Source: Pseudoalteromonas tetraodonis (GTDB taxonomy: Bacteria; Pseudomonadota; Gammaproteobacteria; Enterobacterales; Alteromonadaceae). Taken from it: 32,000 bases of DNA. This document shows, piece after piece, positions 27,808 to 32,000 of this stretch (the stretch's first letter is position 1; the number at the start of each line of letters is the position of its first letter). The stretch lies in NCBI RefSeq assembly GCF_002310835.1, contig NZ_CP011041.1, positions 930,001 through 962,000 of the forward strand. The letters are read 5' to 3'. A model generated the notes under the pieces. That model ran no database searches. It worked only from the letters and a program-made list of their open reading frames with translations, and had not been told where the DNA came from. Made by a program: the position numbers and the translations under genes.

Positions 27808-30438
27808 ATGACCCAACAAATTGCAGTATTTACCAATGTCGGCGAGCGTACTAACGTAACTGGCTCGGCGATGTTTAAACGTTTGATCATGGAAGAAGAC
27901 TACGAGACCGCCCTTAATGTGGCCCGCGAACAAGTAGAAAATGGCGCACAGGTTATTGATATCAACATGGACGAAGCCATGCTGGACTCAAAAGCGGCCA
28001 TGGTTAAGTTTTTAAACTTAATTGCCTCAGAGCCTGATATTTCTAAAGTACCTATAATGGTCGACTCCTCTAAATGGGAAGTAATAGAAGAAGGCCTAAA
28101 GTGTATTCAAGGCAAGGCCATTGTTAATTCCATTTCACTAAAAGAGGGTGAAGAGCCGTTTATTCGCCAAGCTAAAATTATAAAACGCTTTGGCGCCGCC
28201 GCTGTTGTGATGGCATTTGATACCGACGGCCAAGCCGATACTGCAGATAGAAAATACGAAATATGCGAACGTAGTTACAGAATATTAGTCGACGAAATTG
28301 GCTTTCCGCCAGAAGACATTATATTCGATCCCAATATATTTGCCGTTGCCACCGGCATAGAAGAGCACGACAACTACGCCGTAGAATTTATTGAAGGCAC
28401 CCGCCGTATTAAGCAAAACTTACCGCACTGTAAAGTGTCGGGTGGGGTATCAAACGTATCGTTTTCGTTTAGAGGTAATAACCCAGTACGTGAAGCGATT
28501 CACTCGGTGTTTTTATACCATGCTATAAAAGCGGGTATGGATATGGGCATAGTAAACGCAGGGCAGCTTGCGGTTTACGACGACATCCCCGAGGAACTTC
28601 GTAAAGCCGTAGAAGATGTAATTCTTAACACCGACTCAGGTGCGGGCGAGCGCCTTGTTGAACTTGCGCCTAAATATTCAGGCATGGCACAAGCTGAGCG
28701 GGTAGAAGATTTAGAATGGCGCACTTGGCCTGTAGAGAAGCGCTTGGAGCATGCCCTTGTAAAAGGCATAACCACCTTTATAGATGAAGATACAGAAGAG
28801 TGCCGTGCTGGCGCCGATAAACCTATTCACGTCATTGAAGGGCCACTCATGGATGGCATGAACGTGGTTGGGGATTTATTTGGTGCCGGTAAAATGTTTT
28901 TACCCCAAGTGGTTAAATCGGCTCGTGTGATGAAGCGAGCCGTAGCCTACCTTGACCCATTCATTGAAGCCGAAAAAGAAGAAGGCGCCACCAACGGTAA
29001 AATTGTTATGGCTACCGTAAAAGGTGACGTGCATGACATAGGTAAAAACATCGTAGGCGTAGTACTACAATGTAATAACTACGAAGTAATCGACCTTGGG
29101 GTAATGGTACCAGCAGATAAAATACTGCAAACCGCCATTGACGAAAAAGCCGATATTATAGGCCTTTCAGGTTTAATTACCCCATCGCTTGATGAAATGG
29201 TACACGTAGCCAAAGAAATGAAACGCCGAGGCTTTGAGCTACCGCTCATGATTGGTGGGGCAACCACCTCAAAAGCGCATACCGCAGTAAAAATAGAGCC
29301 GCAGTACGACAAAGGCGTGGTGTATGTAAATAACGCCAGCCGCGCTGTGGGTGTAGTGTCTAACTTACTTTCTAAAGAGCATAAAGCAGAATTTTTAGCT
29401 AAAACCACCGCCGAGTACGACAAAGTACGCGAACAACAAGCACGCAAAAAGCCGCGCTCAAAACCAGTTACCATACAGCGCGCCCGCGATAATGCTGCAA
29501 AGCTCGATTGGGATAACTACACACCACCCGTGCCGAAAAAGCTGGGCGTGACCGAGTTTAAAAATGTATCAATCGCGACTCTACGCAAATACATAGACTG
29601 GACGCCGTACTTTATGACCTGGTCAATCGCCGGTAAATATCCGCGCATAATGACCGACGAAGTAGTGGGTGAACAAGCACAAAGCTTGTTTAAAGACGCC
29701 AACGACATGCTCGATGAGCTTGAAAAGTCAGGCACTTTGCAGCCATTGGGTGTAATTGGTTTATTCCCTGCAAACCGTGTGGGCGATGATATAGAAATTT
29801 ACACCGACGAAACGCGAAAAGAGCTATTAACTACCTCATGCCATTTACGTCAGCAAACCGAAAAAACCGACTTTGCTAACTACTGCCTAGCCGATTACAT
29901 TGCGCCAAAAGGCACACCCGATTACTTTGGTGCGTTTGCGGTAACAGGCGGTTTAGAAGAGGACGACCTCGCCAATGCGTTCGATGCCAAGCAAGACGAC
30001 TATAATAAAATAATGGTAAAAGCCGTAGCCGACAGACTCGCTGAGGCGTTTGCCGAATACTTGCACGAACAAGTGCGTAAAGAGTATTGGGGTTATGCAC
30101 CGGATGAAAACCTGGGTAACGATGAGCTAATCCGCGAAAACTACCAAGGTATTCGCCCAGCACCGGGTTACCCAGCGTGCCCAGAGCACACTGAGAAAAA
30201 GAAAATTTGGCAGTTACTCGATACTGAAAAACGCATTGGTATGCAGCTCACCAGCTCGTACGCCATGTGGCCAGGTGCTGCGGTGTCGGGTTGGTACTTT
30301 TCACACCCACAAGCAAAATACTACGCCGTAGCGGCAGTACAACGTGACCAAGTGGAAGACTACGCCAAGCGAACAAATATGACGCTCGCAGAAGCCGAAA
30401 GGTGGTTATCGCCTAACTTGGGGTATGAGCCGGAGTAA
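27808..30438 (+). CDS. metH: Methionine synthase, pterin-binding + B12-cap/B12-binding + AdoMet-reactivation modules (876 aa)
   Basis: Starts [27 protein letters not shown], which corresponds to E. coli MetH ~residue 355 onward. GDVHDIGKN (DxHxxG), [10 protein letters not shown] and [11 protein letters not shown] motifs are present. AAGGAG lies 6 nt upstream of the ATG. Confidence 0.93.
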   Translation: MTQQIAVFTNVGERTNVTGSAMFKRLIMEEDYETALNVAREQVENGAQVIDINMDEAMLDSKAAMVKFLNLIASEPDISKVPIMVDSSKWEVIEEGLKCIQGKAIVNSISLKEGEEPFIRQAKIIKRFGAAAVVMAFDTDGQADTADRKYEICERSYRILVDEIGFPPEDIIFDPNIFAVATGIEEHDNYAVEFIEGTRRIKQNLPHCKVSGGVSNVSFSFRGNNPVREAIHSVFLYHAIKAGMDMGIVNAGQLAVYDDIPEELRKAVEDVILNTDSGAGERLVELAPKYSGMAQAERVEDLEWRTWPVEKRLEHALVKGITTFIDEDTEECRAGADKPIHVIEGPLMDGMNVVGDLFGAGKMFLPQVVKSARVMKRAVAYLDPFIEAEKEEGATNGKIVMATVKGDVHDIGKNIVGVVLQCNNYEVIDLGVMVPADKILQTAIDEKADIIGLSGLITPSLDEMVHVAKEMKRRGFELPLMIGGATTSKAHTAVKIEPQYDKGVVYVNNASRAVGVVSNLLSKEHKAEFLAKTTAEYDKVREQQARKKPRSKPVTIQRARDNAAKLDWDNYTPPVPKKLGVTEFKNVSIATLRKYIDWTPYFMTWSIAGKYPRIMTDEVVGEQAQSLFKDANDMLDELEKSGTLQPLGVIGLFPANRVGDDIEIYTDETRKELLTTSCHLRQQTEKTDFANYCLADYIAPKGTPDYFGAFAVTGGLEEDDLANAFDAKQDDYNKIMVKAVADRLAEAFAEYLHEQVRKEYWGYAPDENLGNDELIRENYQGIRPAPGYPACPEHTEKKKIWQLLDTEKRIGMQLTSSYAMWPGAAVSGWYFSHPQAKYYAVAAVQRDQVEDYAKRTNMTLAEAERWLSPNLGYEPE

Positions 30439-30495
30439 AGCGAAGTGGTTAAATAGCGAAGCGGTCAGTTTTTAGCTGTCAGCTATCAGTTAAAA

Positions 30496-30530
30496 CAAAA
30501 ACGAGCCAAGTTAGGCTCGTTTTTTATTTT
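30496..30530 (+). terminator. Rho-independent terminator after metH
   Basis: Stem acgagcc (30501-30507) / ggctcgt (30514-30520), loop aagtta, followed by TTTTTATTTTT. Confidence 0.75.
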
Positions 30531-30688
30531 TGTATCTTTTTATCGCAATAAATATCGATAACTCAATTGTTTACATAATAGGCATTAGATGTGACTATTG
30601 AATGAATTGAACGTGTAGTCTAGGTATTAATTTTTTGGACTAAGCATAAAGAATACTAAGTTTTAGTTACTCTAATTAAGGAATTATA

Positions 30689-31555
30689 ATGCAGACAATT
30701 ACGGAAGATCAGCTATCTCTTGAATATTACGGTGCAGCAGTTGAAAAAGGGCAGCTAAAAGCGAAAGATGTTGCTCGCTATATTTTAGCACTAGATGAAT
30801 TTATGAACGTGATTACAACAGAAGCTTATGGTAAAGATGCATCGCTATGTATGGATGTCTCAGGTTTTAGAGGGCAATCATTTGATATTGATTTTTTACT
30901 ACAGGTGGTAGGTTTATCCTCTGGAGCATTATTTTGTACTAGCTCCCCCAAAGACCTTATTACTCTGGCTACTGACTCAATTAAATTATGTATTCATTTA
31001 GCTGGCAATCAACCGAAGCAGTGCACACCAGATAGTAATGCGAATACAGTTAATATCGAAAACTCTAATGGTCATACTCAGGTATTTCATATTCAAACGC
31101 TAAACGTTCTTTCTGATCCAAAAGCTGCTAATTCGTTAGATACATTTATTAGGGAGCCTTTGGTTAAAGGATTAAGCGAAGTAAAGTTAAAATCTTCAAA
31201 GTTTGATATCCAAACTAAAGCTTCGGCTAATGATGCTGAATTTTTTAAACCTCTTGATTTCGATTTACCAATTTCAAAAAATACAATTACTACAGGTTTA
31301 ACGATTGAATCTCCATCCTTTAAAGATGGAAATAAGTGGAAATTATTTGATGGACAGTCCAGTTTTTATGCAGAAATTACTGATAGAGAGTTTATTGATA
31401 CTGTTGATAAGGGAGAGAGGTTTGGAAAAGGGGATCTATTAATAGTTGAAATGGAAATAATTCAGACTAAAACACCGCAAGGTTTGAAGATCGAAAAACT
31501 TATTACGAAAGTTACCGATCATAAAGAAGCGCCTCAACAGAAAGGTATGTTTTAA
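30689..31555 (+). CDS. Hypothetical protein (288 aa), no recognised family
   Basis: Long ORF with an AAGGA RBS 7 nt upstream of the ATG. No signal peptide or TM segment. Sits in a lower-GC stretch after the metH terminator. Confidence 0.6.
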   Translation: MQTITEDQLSLEYYGAAVEKGQLKAKDVARYILALDEFMNVITTEAYGKDASLCMDVSGFRGQSFDIDFLLQVVGLSSGALFCTSSPKDLITLATDSIKLCIHLAGNQPKQCTPDSNANTVNIENSNGHTQVFHIQTLNVLSDPKAANSLDTFIREPLVKGLSEVKLKSSKFDIQTKASANDAEFFKPLDFDLPISKNTITTGLTIESPSFKDGNKWKLFDGQSSFYAEITDREFIDTVDKGERFGKGDLLIVEMEIIQTKTPQGLKIEKLITKVTDHKEAPQQKGMF

Positions 31556-31609
31556 GATTTTAGGTCAAAGTATTAGCACATAACGAAAGTCAAAATTGAA
31601 GGTTTTTTA

Positions 31610-32000
31610 ATGAAGTATCTAAATTACATATTGCTTTGCCTATCCCTATTTTTCACATCGAACACATTTGCGCTTGAGCAAAAGTATCACGAGAGTGTTT
31701 TACCTGTTATTACTGCTTTTAAAATGCATGATAAAACTGCGATTGCTGCGCATATTCGCTACCCTCTAAAAAGGCAATATCCATTGCCCGACATTAAAAA
31801 TGAAGTTGAGTTTATTACCCGCTTTGATGAAGTGTTTGACGAAGAACTTGTTGGCGTTATTGCCAGTTCAAATATTGATACTGATTGGGATAAAGTGGGT
31901 TGGCGCGGCATTATGCTCAATAACGGCATAGTGTGGGTAGACAAAGACGGCAAAATTATTTCTGTGAATACACAAAATGCCACTGAGCAAGTGCGTGTTG
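31610..32000 (+). CDS. Hypothetical secreted protein, 5' part only (runs off the window)
   Basis: My own translation from ATG 31610 is open to the window end (130 codons): MKYLNYILLCLSLFFTSNTFA-LEQKYHES... with a clear signal peptide. GAAGG lies 8 nt upstream. It is absent from the ORF track because it has no stop in the window. Confidence 0.55.
   Translation, partial: MKYLNYILLCLSLFFTSNTFALEQKYHESVLPVITAFKMHDKTAIAAHIRYPLKRQYPLPDIKNEVEFITRFDEVFDEELVGVIASSNIDTDWDKVGWRGIMLNNGIVWVDKDGKIISVNTQNATEQVRV

Noticed and set aside
26727-30438. Reading the two metH ORFs as a frameshifted pseudogene
   Set aside because: The junction needs a stop codon, a 10-nt spacer and a frame change, and it carries a well-placed AAGGAG. 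The break is at a domain boundary and all catalytic motifs are intact. A sequencing or assembly error cannot be excluded without reads.
30439-30485. Short direct repeats (agcgaagtgg / agcgaagcgg) and the palindrome agctgtcagct just after the metH stop
   Set aside because: They are only 10-11 nt and imperfect, and they sit upstream of the obvious terminator hairpin. Nothing distinguishes them from chance.
31759-31983. A 74-aa minus-strand ORF listed in the track
   Set aside because: It is the antisense shadow of the plus-strand ORF that opens at ATG 31610 with a clear signal peptide and stays open to the window edge.

Overview
The window reads as core chromosome of an AT-rich marine gammaproteobacterium. 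The proteins look Alteromonadales/Pseudoalteromonas-like, but that taxon call is inference from remembered similarity and no search was run. Left to right: the 3' end of fabV; the complete Na+-translocating NADH:quinone oxidoreductase locus nqrABCDEF-apbE-nqrM; about 1.1 kb of poorly coding DNA with one orphan membrane ORF and dense regulatory-looking signals; the cytochrome bo3 quinol oxidase operon cyoABCDE; a minus-strand phosphate-scavenging operon (TonB-dependent receptor, purple acid phosphatase, tandem-domain beta-propeller phytase lipoprotein) behind a phased Pho-box array, followed by an orphan secreted protein; a c-di-GMP-flavoured cluster (membrane protein with a degenerate GGDEF domain overlapping an AraC regulator, then a convergent HDAC-family deacetylase and a single-domain PilZ protein); ettA; and a metA-metH operon in which cobalamin-dependent methionine synthase is encoded as two translationally coupled genes. 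The window ends in a lower-GC stretch with two orphan genes, the last one truncated. I saw no tRNA, rRNA, CRISPR array, transposase or integrase. The items I rate most worth follow-up are the split MetH, the degenerate-GGDEF/AraC pair next to PilZ-HDAC, the Pho-box-controlled phytate operon, the perfect FNR-type box plus 13-bp inverted repeats between nqr and cyo, and the orphan genes after the metH terminator. All family assignments rest on motifs visible in the supplied translations and on remembered homologues.
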